Assembly: GCA_040954595.2 (NCBI GenBank)
Contig: CM082577.2
Coordinates: forward strand, 20,620,303 to 20,684,302
Direction of reading: 5' to 3'
DNA length: 64,000 bases
Source of the DNA: Balanoglossus misakiensis
Taxonomy: Eukaryota > Animalia > Hemichordata
The notes beneath the pieces are model-generated. The model did not search any database and was not told where the DNA came from. It saw nothing but the letters and a program-made list of their open reading frames with translations. This document shows positions 34,431 to 49,000 of this stretch, in pieces. Every line of letters starts with the position of its first letter. Positions within the stretch are counted from its first letter, which is position 1. Both the position numbers and the translations under genes were made by a program.

Positions 34431-35355
34431 ATTTTTGTGGGTAACCGATCGACCTTCCATAGCTTATACGGCAAGTAGGATAAAAAAATATGGTTTGTTT
34501 TGTTTTGCAAAAAGTGGTTTTAAAATTCAGACACTTGCAGAAAGAGGAAGAAACGGACACTTGCGTCAAAAATATTATCCATCAGGCTACTCTTTAATGG
34601 AAAAGTTGGAAAAAATGAAGCCTACAGCACGTAGTATTCCCAGGCGGTCTCCCATCCAAGTACTAAGTACGCCCAACGCAGGTTTGCTTCGGTGATCAGA
34701 CGAGAACCGGCTTATTCTACGTGGTATGGCCGTAGGCGAAGGATTGTTGAATTTCTCCTACTATAAACCTGAATCCTACACCATTGGACACATAGCCCGA
34801 TCTGGCTAATTTGTGTGGGTAACCGATCGACCTTCCATAGCTTATAAGGCAAGTAGGGTCAAAAAATATGGTTTGTTTTGTTCTGCAAAAAGTGGTTTTA
34901 AAATTCAGACACTTGCAGAAAGAGGAAGAAACGGACACTTGCGACAAAAATATTATCCATCAGGCTACTCTTTAATGGAAAAGTTGGAAAAATGAAGCCT
35001 ACAGCACGTAGTATTCCCAGGTGGTTTCCCATCCAAGTACTAACTACGCCCAACGCAGGTTTGCTTCGGTGATCAGACGAGAACCGGCTTATTCTACGTG
35101 GTATGGCCGTAGGCGAAAGATGGTTGAATTTCTCCTACTATAAACCTCAATCCTACACCATTGAACACATAGTCCGACTTGGCTAATTTTTGTGGGTAAC
35201 CGATCGACCTTCCATAGCTTATACGGCAAGTAGGATAAAAAAATATGGTTTGTTTTGTTTTGCAAAAAGTGGTTTTAAAATTCAGACACTTGCAGAAAGA
35301 GGAAGAAACGGACACTTGCGACAAAAATATTATCCATCAGGCTACTCTTTAATGG

Positions 35356-35464
35356 ACGTAGTATTCCCAGGTGGTCTCCCATCCAAGTACTAACTACGCC
35401 CAACGCAGGTTTGCTTCTGTGATCAGACGAGAACCGGCTTATTCTACGTGGTATGGCCGTAGGC
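35356..35464 (-). pseudogene. 5S copy with a ~28-bp deletion removing the last 11 nt and the terminator
   Basis: Junction TAATGG-A-CGTAGTATT. Confidence 0.85.
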
Positions 35465-38400
35465 GAAAGATGGTTGAATTTCTCCTACTATAAACCTCAA
35501 TCCTACACCATTGAACACATAGTCCGACTTGGCTAATTTTTGTGGGTAACCGATCGACCTTCCATAGCTTATACGGCAAGTAGGATAAAAAAATATGGTT
35601 TGTTTTGTTTTGCAAAAAGTGGTTTTAAAATTCAGACACTTGCAGAAAGAGGAAGAAACGGACACTTGCGTCAAAAATATTATCCATCAGGCTACTCTTT
35701 AATGGAAAAGTTGGAAAAAATGAAGCCTACAGCACGTAGTATTCCCAGGCGGTCTCCCATCCAAGTACTAAGTACGCCCAACGCAGGTTTGCTTCGGTGA
35801 TCAGACGAGAACCGGCTTATTCTACGTGGTATGGCCGTAGGCGAAGGATTGTTGAATTTCTCCTACTATAAACCTGAATCCTACACCATTGGACACATAG
35901 CCCGATCTGGCTAATTTGTGTGGGTAACCGATCGACCTTCCATAGCTTATAAGGCAAGTAGGGTCAAAAAATATGGTTTGTTTTGTTCTGCAAAAAGTGG
36001 TTTTAAAATTCAGACACTTGCAGAAAGAGGAAGAAACGGACACTTGCGACAAAAATATTATCCATCAGGCTACTCTTTAATGGAAAAGTTGGAAAAATGA
36101 AGCCTACAGCACGTAGTATTCCCAGGTGGTTTCCCATCCAAGTACTAACTACGCCCAACGCAGGTTTGCTTCGGTGATCAGACGAGAACCGGCTTATTCT
36201 ACGTGGTATGGCCGTAGGCGAAAGATGGTTGAATTTCTCCTACTATAAACCTCAATCCTACACCATTGAACACATAGTCCGACTTGGCTAATTTTTGTGG
36301 GTAACCGATCGACCTTCCATAGCTTATACGGCAAGTAGGATAAAAAAATATTGTTTGTTTTGTTTTGCAAAAAGTGGTTTTAAAATTCAGACACTTGCAG
36401 AAAGAGGAAGAAACGGACACTTGCGACAAAAATATTATCCATCAGGCTACTCTTTAATGGAAAAGTTGGAAAAAATGAAGCCTACAGCACGTAGTATTCC
36501 CAGGTGGTCTCCCATCCAAGTACTAACTACGCCCAACGCAGGTTTGCTTCTGTGATCAGACGAGAACCGGCTTATTCTACGTGGTATGGCCGTAGGCGAA
36601 AGATGGTTGAATTTCTCCTACTATAAACCTCAATCCTACACCATTGAACACATAGTCCGACTTGGCTAATTTTTGTGGGTAACCGATCGACCTTCCATAG
36701 CTTATACGGCAAGTAGGATAAAAAAATATGGTTTGTTTTGTTTTGCAAAAAGTGGTTTTAAAATTCAGACACTTGCAGAAAGAGGAAGAAACGGACACTT
36801 GCGACAAAAATATTATCCATCAGGCTACTCTTTAATGGAAAAGTTGGAAAAAATGAAGCCTACAGCACGTAGTATTCCCAGGTGGTCTCCCATCCAAGTA
36901 CTAACTACGCCCAACGCAGGTTTGCTTCTGTGATCAGACGAGAACCGGCTTATTCTACGTGGTATGGCCGTAGGCGAAAGATGGTTGAATTTCTCCTACT
37001 ATAGACCTCAATCTTACACCATTGAACACATAGTCCGACTTGGCTAATTTTTGTGGGTAACCGATCGACCTTCCATAGCTTATACGGCAAGTAGGATAAA
37101 AAAATATGGTTTGTTTTGTTTTGCAAAAAGTGGTTTTAAAATTCAGACACTTGCAGAAAGAGGAAGAAACGGACACTTGCGTCAAAAATATTATCCATCA
37201 GGCTACTCTTTAATGGAAAAGTTGGAAAAAATGAAGCCTACAGCACGTAGTATTCCCAGGCGGTCTCCCATCCAAGTACTAACTACGCCCAACGCAGGTT
37301 TGCTTCGGTGATCAGACGAGAACCGGCTTATTCTACGTGGTATGGCCGTAGGCGAAAGATGGTTGAATTTCTCCTACTATAAACCTGAATCCTACACCAT
37401 TGAACACATAGTCCGACTTGGCTAATTTTGTGGGTAACCGATCGACCTTCCATAGCTTATAAGGCAAGTGGGATAATAAAATATGGTTGCTTTGTTCTGC
37501 AAAAAGTGTTTTTAGAATTCAGGCACTTTCAGAAAAGGAAGAAACGGACACTTGCGTCAAAAATATTATCCATCAGGCTTCTCTTTAATGGAAAAGTTGG
37601 AAAAAATGAAGCCTACAGCACGTAGTATTCCCAGGCGGTCTCCCATCCAAGTACTAAGTACGCCCAACGCAGGTTTGCTTCGGTGATCAGACGAGAACCG
37701 GCTTATTCTACGTGGTATGGCCGTAGGCGAAGGATTGTTGAATTTCTCCTACTATAAACCTGAATCCTACACCATTGGACACATAGCCCGATCTGGCTAA
37801 TTTGTGTGGGTAACCGATCGACCTTCCATAGCTTATAAGGCAAGTAGGGTCAAAAAATATGGTTTGTTTTGTTCTGCAAAAAGTGGTTTTAAAATTCAGA
37901 CACTTGCAGAAAGAGGAAGAAACGGACACTTGCGACAAAAATATTATCCATCAGGCTACTCTTTAATGGAAAAGTTGGAAAAATGAAGCCTACAGCACGT
38001 AGTATTCCCAGGTGGTTTCCCATCCAAGTACTAACTACGCCCAACGCAGGTTTGCTTCGGTGATCAGACGAGAACCGGCTTATTCTACGTGGTATGGCCG
38101 TAGGCGAAAGATGGTTGAATTTCTCCTACTATAAACCTCAATCCTACACCATTGAACACATAGTCCGACTTGGCTAATTTTTGTGGGTAACCGATCGACC
38201 TTCCATAGCTTATACGGCAAGTAGGATAAAAAAATATTGTTTGTTTTGTTTTGCAAAAAGTGGTTTTAAAATTCAGACACTTGCAGAAAGAGGAAGAAAC
38301 GGACACTTGCGACAAAAATATTATCCATCAGGCTACTCTTTAATGGAAAAGTTGGAAAAAATGAAGCCTACAGCACGTAGTATTCCCAGGTGGTCTCCCA

Positions 38401-41400
38401 TCCAAGTACTAACTACGCCCAACGCAGGTTTGCTTCTGTGATCAGACGAGAACCGGCTTATTCTACGTGGTATGGCCGTAGGCGAAAGATGGTTGAATTT
38501 CTCCTACTATAAACCTCAATCCTACACCATTGAACACATAGTCCGACTTGGCTAATTTTTGTGGGTAACCGATCGACCTTCCATAGCTTATACGGCAAGT
38601 AGGATAAAAAAATATGGTTTGTTTTGTTTTGCAAAAAGTGGTTTTAAAATTCAGACACTTGCAGAAAGAGGAAGAAACGGACACTTGCGTCAAAAATATT
38701 ATCCATCAGGCTACTCTTTAATGGAAAAGTTGGAAAAAATGAAGCCTACAGCACGTAGTATTCCCAGGCGGTCTCCCATCCAAGTACTAACTACGCCCAA
38801 CGCAGGTTTGCTTCGGTGATCAGACGACAACCGGCTTATTCTACGTGGTATGGCCGTAGGCGAAAGATGGTTGAATTTCTCCTACTATAAACCTCAATCC
38901 TACACCATTGAACACATAGTCCGACTTGGCTAATTTTTGTGGGTAACCGATCGACCTTCCATAGCTTATACGGCAAGTAGGATAAAAAAATATGGTTTGT
39001 TTTGTTTTGCAAAAAGTGGTTTTAAAATTCAGACACTTGCAGAAAGAGGAAGAAACGGACACTTGCGACAAAAATATTATCCATCAGGCTACTCTTTAAT
39101 GGAAAAGTTGGAAAAAATGAAGCCTACAGCACGTAGTATTCCCAGGTGGTCTCCCATCCAAGTACTAACTACGCCCAACGCAGGTTTGCTTCTGTGATCA
39201 GACGAGAACCGGCTTATTCTACGTGGTATGGCCGTAGGCGAAGGATTGTTGAATTTCTCCTACTATAAACCTGAATCCTACACCATTGGACACATAGCCC
39301 GATCTGGCTAATTTTTGTGGGTAACCGATCGACCTTCCATAGCTTATAAGGCAAGTAGGGTCAAAAAATATGGTTTGTTTTGTTTTGCAAAAAGTGGTTT
39401 TAAAATTCAGACACTTGCAGAAAGAGGAAGAAACGGACACTTGCGAGAAAAATATTATCCATCAGGCTACTCTTTAATGGAAAAGTTGGAAAAATGAAGC
39501 CTACAGCACGTAGTATTCCCAGGCGGTCTCCCATCCAAGTACTAACTACGCCCAACGCAGGTTTGCTTCGGTGATCAGACGAGAACCGGCTTATTCTACG
39601 TGGTATGGCCGTAGGCGAAAGATGGTTGAATTTCTCCTACTATAAACCTGAATCCTACACCATTGAACACATAGTCCGACTTGGCTAATTTTGTGGGTAA
39701 CCGATCGACCTTCCATAGCTTATAAGGCAAGTGGGATAAAAAAATATGGTTGCTTTGTTCTGCAAAAAGTGGTTTTAGAAGTCAGGCACTTTCAGAAAAG
39801 GAAGAAACGGACACTTGCGACAAAAATGTCATCCATCAGGCTACTCTTTAATGGAAAAGTTGGAAAAAATAAAGCCTACAGCACGTAGTATTCCCAGGCG
39901 GTCTCCCATCCAAGTACTAACTACGCCCAACGCAGGTTTGCTTCGGTGATCAGACGAGAACCGGCTTATTCTACGTGGTATGGCCGTAGGCGAAAGATGG
40001 TTGAATTTCTCCTACTATAAACCTCAATCCTACACCATTGAACACATAGTCCGACTTGGCTAATTTTTGTGGGTAACCGATCGACCTTCCATAGCTTATA
40101 CGGCAAGTAGGATAAAAAAATATGGTTTGTTTTGTTTTGCAAAAAGTGGTTTTAAAATTCAGACACTTGCAGAAAGAGGAAGAAACGGACACTTGCGTCA
40201 AAAATATTATCAATCAGGCTACTCTTTAATGGAAAAGTTGGAAAAAATGAAGCCTACAGCACGTAGTATTCCCAGGCGGTCTCCCATCCAAGTACTAACT
40301 ACGCCCAACGCAGGTTTGCTTCGGTGATCAGACGAGAACCGGCTTATTCTACGTGGTATGGCCGTAGGCGAAAGATGGTTGAATTTCTCCTACTATAAAC
40401 CTCAATCCTACACCATTGAACACATAGTCCGACTTGGCTAATTTTTGTGGGTAACCGATCGACCTTCCATAGCTTATACGGCAAGTAGGATAAAAAAATA
40501 TGGTTTGTTTTGTTTTGCAAAAAGTGGTTTTAAAATTCAGACACTTGCAGAAAGAGGAAGAAACGGACACTTGCGACAAAAATATTATCCATCAGGCTAC
40601 TCTTTAATGGAAAAGTTGGAAAAAATGAAGCCTACAGCACGTAGTATTCCCAGGTGGTCTCCCATCCAAGTACTAACTACGCCCAACGCAGGTTTGCTTC
40701 TGTGATCAGACGAGAACCGGCTTATTCTACGTGGTATGGCCGTAGGCGAAAGATGGTTGAATTTCTCCTACTATAAACCTCAATCCTACACCATTGAACA
40801 CATAGTCCGACTTGGCTAATTTTTGTGGGTAACCGATCGACCTTCCATAGCTTATACGGCAAGTAGGATAAAAAAATATGGTTTTTTTTGTTTTGCAAAA
40901 AGTGGTTTTAAAATTCAGACACTTGCAGGAAGAGGAAGAAACGGACACTTGCGTCAAAAATATTATCCATCAGGCTACTCTTTAATGGAAAAGTTGGAAA
41001 AAATGAAGCCTACAGCACGTAGTATTCCCAGGCGGTCTCCCATCCAAGTACTAACTACGCCCAACGCAGGTTTGCTTCGGTGATCAGACGAGAACCGGCT
41101 TATTCTACGTGGTATGGCCGTAGGCGAAAGATGGTTGAATTTCTCCTACTATAAACCTGAATCCTACACCATTGAACACATAGTCCGACTTGGCTAATTT
41201 TGTGGGTAACCGATCGACCTTCCATAGCTTATAAGGCAAGTGGGATAATAAAATATGGTTGCTTTGTTCTGCAAAAAGTGTTTTTAGAATTCAGGCACTT
41301 TCAGAAAAGGAAGAAACGGACACTTGCGTCAAAAATATTATCCATCAGGCTTCTCTTTAATGGAAAAGTTGGAAAAAATGAAGCCTACAGCACGTAGTAT

Positions 41401-44400
41401 TCCCAGGCGGTCTCCCATCCAAGTACTAACTACGCCCAACGCAGGTTTGCTTCGGTGATCAGACGAGAACCGGCTTATTCTACGTGGTATGGCCGTAGGC
41501 GAAAGATGGTTGAATTTCTCCTACTATAAACCTCAATCCTACACCATTGAACACATAGTCCGACTTGGCTAATTTTGTGGGTAACCGATCGACCTTCCAT
41601 AGCTTATAAGGCAAGTGGGATAATAAAATATGGTTGCTTTGTTCTGCAAAAAGTGTTTTTAGAATTCAGGCACTTTCAGAAAAGGAAGAAACGGACACTT
41701 GCGACAAAAATGTTATCCATCAGGCTATACTCTTTAATGGAAAAGTTGGGGAAAAAAATGAAGCCTACAGCACGTAGTATTCCCAGGCGGTCTCCCATCC
41801 AAGTACTAACTACGCCCAACGCAGGTTTGCTTCGGGATCAGACGAGAACCGGCTTATTCTACGTGGTATGGCCGTAGGCGAAAGATGGTTGAATTTCTCC
41901 TACTAAAAACCTGAATCCTACACCATTGAACACATAGTCCGACTTGGCTAATTTTTGTGGGTAACCGATCGACCTTCCATAGCTTATAAGGCAAGTAGGA
42001 TCAAAAATATGGTTTGTTTTGTTTTGCAAAAAGTGGTTTTAAAATTCAGACACTTGCAGAAAGAGGAAGAAACGGACACTTGCGTCAAAAATATTATCCA
42101 TCAGGCTACTCTTTAATGGAAAAGTTAGAAAAAATGAAGCCTACAGCACGTAGTATTCCCAGGCGGTCTCCCATCCAAGTACTAACTACGCCCAACGCAG
42201 GTTTGCTTCGGTGATCAGACGACAACCGGCTTATTCTACGTGGTATGGCCGTAGGCGAAAGATGGTTGAATTTCTCCTACTATAAACCTCAATCCTACAC
42301 CATTGAACACATAGTCCGACTTGGCTAATTTTTGTGGGTAACCGATCGACCTTCCATAGCTTATACGGCAAGTAGGATAAAAAAATATGGTTTGTTTTGT
42401 TTTGCAAAAAGTGGTTTTAAAATTCAGACACTTGCAGAAAGAGGAAGAAACGGACACTTGCGACAAAAATATTATCCATCAGGCTACTCTTTAATGGAAA
42501 AGTTGGAAAAAATGAAGCCTACAGCACGTAGTATTCCCAGGTGGTCTCCCATCCAAGTACTAACTACGCCCAACGCAGGTTTGCTTCTGTGATCAGACGA
42601 GAACCGGCTTATTCTACGTGGTATGGCCGTAGGCGAAGGATTGTTGAATTTCTCCTACTATAAACCTGAATCCTACACCATTGGACACATAGCCCGATCT
42701 GGCTAATTTTTGTGGGTAACCGATCGACCTTCCATAGCTTATAAGGCAAGTAGGGTCAAAAAATATGGTTTGTTTTGTTTTGCAAAAAGTGGTTTTAAAA
42801 TTCAGACACTTGCAGAAAGAGGAAGAAACGGACACTTGCGAGAAAAATATTATCCATCAGGCTACTCTTTAATGGAAAAGTTGGAAAAATGAAGCCTACA
42901 GCACGTAGTATTCCCAGGCGGTCTCCCATCCAAGTACTAACTACGCCCAACGCAGGTTTGCTTCGGTGATCAGAAGAGAACCGGCTTATTCTACGTGGTA
43001 TGGCCGTAGGCGAAAGATGGTTGAATTTCTCCTACTATAAACCTGAATCCTACACCATTGAACACATAGTCCGACTTGGCTAATTTTGTGGGTAACCGAT
43101 CGACCTTCCATAGCTTATAAGGCAAGTGGGATAAAAAAATATGGTTGCTTTGTTCTGCAAAAAGTGGTTTTAGAAGTCAGGCACTTTCAGAAAAGGAAGA
43201 AACGGACACTTGCGACAAAAATGTCATCCATCAGGCTACTCTTTAATGGAAAAGTTGGAAAAAAATGAAGCCTACAGCACGTAGTATTCCCAGGCGGTCT
43301 CCCATCCAAGTACTAACTACGCCCAACGCAGGTTTGCTTCGGGGATCAGACGAGAACCGGCTTATTCTACGTTGTATGGCCGTAGGCGAAAAATGGTTGA
43401 ATTTCTCCTACTATAAACCTGAATCCTACACCATTGAACACATAGTCCGACTAGGCTAATTTTTGTGGGTAACCGATCGACCTTCCATAGCTTATAAGGC
43501 AAGTAGGATCAAAAATATGGTTTGTTTTGTTTTGCAAAAAGTGGTTTTAAAATTCAGACACTTGCAGAAAGAGGAAGAAATGGACACTTGCGTCAAAAAT
43601 ATTATTCATCAGGCTACTCTTTAATGGAAAAGTTGGAAAAAATGAAGCCTACAGCACGTAGTATTCCCAGGCGGTCTCCCATCCAAGTACTAACTACGCC
43701 CAACGCAGGTTTGCTTCGGTGATCAGACGAGAACCGGCTTATTCTACGTGGTATGGCCGTAGGCGAAAGATGGTTGAATTTCTCCTACTATAAACCTCAA
43801 TCCTACACCATTGAACACATAGTCCGACTTGGCTAATTTTTGTGGGTAACCGATCGACCTTCCATAGCTTATACGGCAAGTAGGATAAAAAAATATGGTT
43901 TGTTTTGTTTTGCAAAAAAGTGGTTTTAAAATTCAGACACTTGCAGAAAGAGGAAGAAATGGACACTTGCGTCAAAAATATTATTCATCAGGCTACTCTT
44001 TAATGGAAAAGTTGGAAAAAATGAAGCCTACAGCACGTAGTATTCCCAGGCGGTCTCCCATCCAAGTACTAACTACGCCCAACGCAGGTTTGCTTCGGTG
44101 ATCAGAAGAGAACCGGCTTATTCTACGTGGTATGGCCGTAGGCGAAAGATGGTTGAATTTCTCCTACTATAAACCTGAATCCTACACCATTGAACACATA
44201 GTCCGACTTGGCTAATTTTGTGGGTAACCGATCGACCTTCCATAGCTTATAAGGCAAGTGGGATAAAAAAATATGGTTGCTTTGTTCTGCAAAAAGTGGT
44301 TTTAGAAGTCAGGCACTTTCAGAAAAGGAAGAAACGGACACTTGCGACAAAAATGTCATCCATCAGGCTACTCTTTAATGGAAAAGTTGGAAAAAAATGA

Positions 44401-45908
44401 AGCCTACAGCACGTAGTATTCCCAGGCGGTCTCCCATCCAAGTACTAACTACGCCCAACGCAGGTTTGCTTCGGGGATCAGACGAGAACCGGCTTATTCT
44501 ACGTTGTATGGCCGTAGGCGAAAAATGGTTGAATTTCTCCTACTATAAACCTGAATCCTACACCATTGAACACATAGTCCGACTAGGCTAATTTTTGTGG
44601 GTAACCGATCGACCTTCCATAGCTTATAAGGCAAGTAGGATCAAAAATATGGTTTGTTTTGTTTTGCAAAAAGTGGTTTTAAAATTCAGACACTTGCAGA
44701 AAGAGGAAGAAATGGACACTTGCGTCAAAAATATTATTCATCAGGCTACTCTTTAATGGAAAAGTTGGAAAAAATGAAGCCTACAGCACGTAGTATTCCC
44801 AGGCGGTCTCCCATCCAAGTACTAACTACGCCCAACGCAGGTTTGCTTCGGTGATCAGACGAGAACCGGCTTATTCTACGTGGTATGGCCGTAGGCGAAA
44901 GATGGTTGAATTTCTCCTACTATAAACCTCAATCCTACACCATTGAACACATAGTCCGACTTGGCTAATTTTTGTGGGTAACCGATCGACCTTCCATAGC
45001 TTATACGGCAAGTAGGATAAAAAAATATGGTTTGTTTTGTTTTGCAAAAAAGTGGTTTTAAAATTCAGACACTTGCAGAAAGAGGAAGAAACGGACACTT
45101 GCGACAAAAATATTATCCATCAGGCTACTCTTTAATGGAAAAGTTGGAAAAAATGAAGCCTACAGCATGTAGTATTCCCAGGCGGTCTTCCATCCAAGTA
45201 CAAACTACGCCCAACGCAGGTTTGCTTCGGTGATCAGACGAGAACCGGCTTATTCTACGTGGTATGGCCGTAGGCGAAAGATGGTTGAATTTCTCCTACT
45301 ATAAACCTGAATCCTACACCATTGAACACATAGTCCGACTTGGCTAATTTTTGTGGGTAACCGATCGACCTTCCATAGCTTATAAGCCAAGTAGGATCAA
45401 AAATATGGTTTGTTTTGTTTTGCAAAAAGTGGTTTTAAAATTCAGACACTTGCAGAAAGAGGAAGAAACGGACACTTGCGTCAAAAATATTATCCATCAG
45501 GCTACTCCTTAATGGAAAAGTTGGAAAAAATGAAGCCTACAGCACGTAGTATTCCCAGGCGGTCTCCCATCCAAGTACTAACTACGCCCAACGCAGGTTT
45601 GCTTCGGTGATCAGACGAGAACCGGCTTATTCTACGTGGTATGGCCGTAGGCGAAAGATGGTTGAATTTCTCCTACTATAAACCTGAATCCTACACCATT
45701 GAACACATAGCCCGACTTGGCTAATTTTGTGGGTAACCGATCGACCTTCCATAGCTTATAAGGCAAGTGGGATAAAAAAATATGGTTGCTTTGTTCTGCA
45801 AAAAGTGGTTTTAGAATTCAGGCACTTTCAGAAAAGGAAGAAACGGACACTTGCGACAAAAATGTTATCCATCAGGGTACTCTTTAATGGAAAAGTTGGA
45901 AAAAAATG

Positions 45909-46038
45909 AAGCCTACAGCACGTAGTATTCCCAGGCGGTCTCCCATCCAAGTACTAACTACGCCCAACGCAGGTTTGCTTCGGTGATCAGACGAGAACCG
46001 GCTTATTCTACGTGGTATGCCACCGTATGGCCGTAGGC
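45909..46038 (-). pseudogene. 130-nt 5S variant with a 10-bp insertion (first of 11 copies seen, up to 61837-61966)
   Basis: Plus strand GTGGTATG-CCACCGTATG-GCCGTAGGC; inserts start at 46020, 47914, 49432, 50950, 52468, 52856, 54751, 55139, 56278, 58169 and 61948. Confidence 0.8.
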
Positions 46039-49000
46039 GAAAGATGGTTGAATTTCTCCTACTATAAACCTGAATCCTACACCATTGAACACATAGCCCG
46101 ACTTGGCTAATTTTTGTAGGTAACCGATCGACCTTCCATAGCTTATAAGCCAAGTAGGATCAAAAATATGGTTTGTTTTGTTTTGCAAAAAGTGGTTTTA
46201 AAATTCAGACACTTGCAGAAAGAGGAAGAAACGGACACTTAAGACAAAAATATTATCCATCAGGCTACTCTTTAATGGAAAAGTTGGAAAAAATTAAGCC
46301 TACAGCACGTAGTATTCCCAGGCGGTCTCCCATCCAAGTACTAACTACGCCCAACGCAGGTTTGCTTCGGGGATCAGACGAGAACCGGCTTATTCTACGT
46401 GGTATGGCCGTAGGCGAAAAGTGGTTGAATTTCTCCTACTATAAACCTGAATCCTACACCATTGAACACATAGTCCGACTTGGCTAATTTTTGTGGGTAA
46501 CCGATCGACCTTCCATAGCTTATAAGGCAAGTAGGATCAAAAATATGGTTTGTTTTGTTTTGCAAAAAGTGGTTTTAAAATTCAGACACTTGCAGAAAGA
46601 GGAAGAAACGGACACTTGCGTCAAAAATATTATCCATCAGGCTACTCTTTAATGGAAAAGTTGGAAAAAATGAAGCCTACAGCATGTAGTATTCCCAGGC
46701 GGTCTTCCATCCAAGTACTAACTACGCCCAACGCACGTTTGCTTCGGTGATCAGACGAGAACCGGCTTATTCTACGTGGTATGGCCGTAGGCGAAAAGTG
46801 GTTGAATTTCTCCTACTATAAACCTGAATCCTACACCATTGAACACATAGTCCGACTTGGCTAATTTTTGTGGGTAACCGATCGACCTTCCATAGCTTAT
46901 AAGGCAAGTAGGATCAAAAATATGGTTTGTTTTGTTTTGCAAAAAGTGGTTTTAAAATTCAGACACTTGCAGAAAGAGGAAGAAACGGACACTTGCGTCA
47001 AAAATATTATCCATCAGGCTACTCTTTAATGGAAAAGTTGGAAAAAATGAAGCCTACAGCATGTAGTATTCCCAGGCGGTCTTCCATCCAAGTACTAACT
47101 ACGCCCAACGCAGGTTTGCTTCGGTGATCAGACGAGAACCGGCTTATTCTACGTGGTATGGCCGTAGGCGAAAGATGGTTGAATTTCTCCTACTATAAAC
47201 CTGAATCCTACACCAATGAACACATAGTCCGACTTGGCTAATTTTTGTGGGTAACCGATCGACCTTCCATAGCTTATAAGCCAAGTAGGATCAAAAATAT
47301 GGTTTGTTTTGTTTTGCAAAAAGTGGTTTTAAAATTCAGACACTTGCAGAAAGAGGAAGAAACGGACACTTGCGTCAAAAATATTATCCATCAGGCTACT
47401 CTTTAATGGAAAAGTTGGAAAAAATGAAGCCTACAGCACGTAGTATTCCCAGGCGGTCTCCCATCCAAGTACTAACTACGCCCAACGCAGGTTTGCTTCG
47501 GTGATCAGACGAGAACCGGCTTATTCTACGTGGTATGGCCGTAGGCGAAAGATGGTTGAATTTCTCCTACTATAAACCTGAATCCTACACCATTGAACAC
47601 ATAGCCCGACTTGGCTAATTTTGTGGGTAACCGATCGACCTTCCATAGCTTATAAGGCAAGTGGGATAAAAAAATATGGTTGCTTTGTTCTGCAAAAAGT
47701 GGTTTTAGAATTCAGGCACTTTCAGAAAAGGAAGAAACGGACACTTGCGACAAAAATGTTATCCATCAGGCTACTCTTTAATGGAAAAGTTGGAAAAAAA
47801 TGAAGCCTACAGCACGTAGTATTCCCAGGCGGTCTCCCATCCAAGTACTAACTACGCCCAACGCAGGTTTGCTTCGGTGATCAGACGAGAACCGGCTTAT
47901 TCTACGTGGTATGCCACCGTATGGCCGTAGGCGAAAGATGGTTGAATTTCTCCTACTATAAACCTGAATCCTACACCATTGAACACATAGCCCGACTTGG
48001 CTAATTTTTGTGGGTAACCGATCGACCTTCCATAGCTTATAAGCCAAGTAGGATCAAAAATATGGTTTGTTTTGTTTTGCAAAAAGTGGTTTTAAAATTC
48101 AGACACTTGCAGAAAGAGGAAGAAACGGACACTTAAGACAAAAATATTATCCATCAGGCTACTCTTTAATGGAAAAGTTGGAAAAAATTAAGCCTACAGC
48201 ACGTAGTATTCCCAGGCGGTCTCCCATCCAAGTACTAACTACGCCCAACGCAGGTTTGCTTCGGGGATCAGACGAGAACCGGCTTATTCTACGTGGTATG
48301 GCCGTAGGCGAAAGATGGTTGAATTTCTCCTACTATAAACCTGAATCCTACACCATTGAACACATAGTCCGACTTGGCTAATTTTTGTGGGTAACCGATC
48401 GACCTTCCATAGCTTATAAGGCAAGTAGGATAAAAAATATGGTTTGTTTTGTTTTGCAAAAAGTGGTTTTAAAATTCAGACACTTGCAGAAAGAGGAAGA
48501 AACGGACACTTGCGTCAAAAATATTATCCATCAGGCTACTCTTTAATGGAAAAGTTGGAAAAAATGAAGCCTACAGCATGTAGTATTCCCAGGCGGTCTT
48601 CCATCCAAGTACTAACTACGCCCAACGCAGGTTTGCTTCGAAGATCAGACGAGAACCGGCTTATTCTACGTGGTATGGCCGTAGGCGAAAGATGGTTGAA
48701 TTTCTCCTACTATAAACCTGAATCCTACACCATTGAACACATAGTCCGACTTGGCTAATTTTTGTGGGTAACCGATCGACCTTCCATAGCTTATAAGCCA
48801 AGTAGGATCAAAAATATGGTTTGTTTTGTTTTGCAAAAAGTGGTTTTAAAATTCAGACACTTGCAGAAAGAGGAAGAAACGGACACTTGCGTCAAAAATA
48901 TTATCCTTCAGGCTACTCTTTAATGGAAAAGTTGGAAAAAATGAAGCCTACGGCACGTAGTATTCCCAGGCGGTCTCCCATCCAAGTACTAACTACGCCC

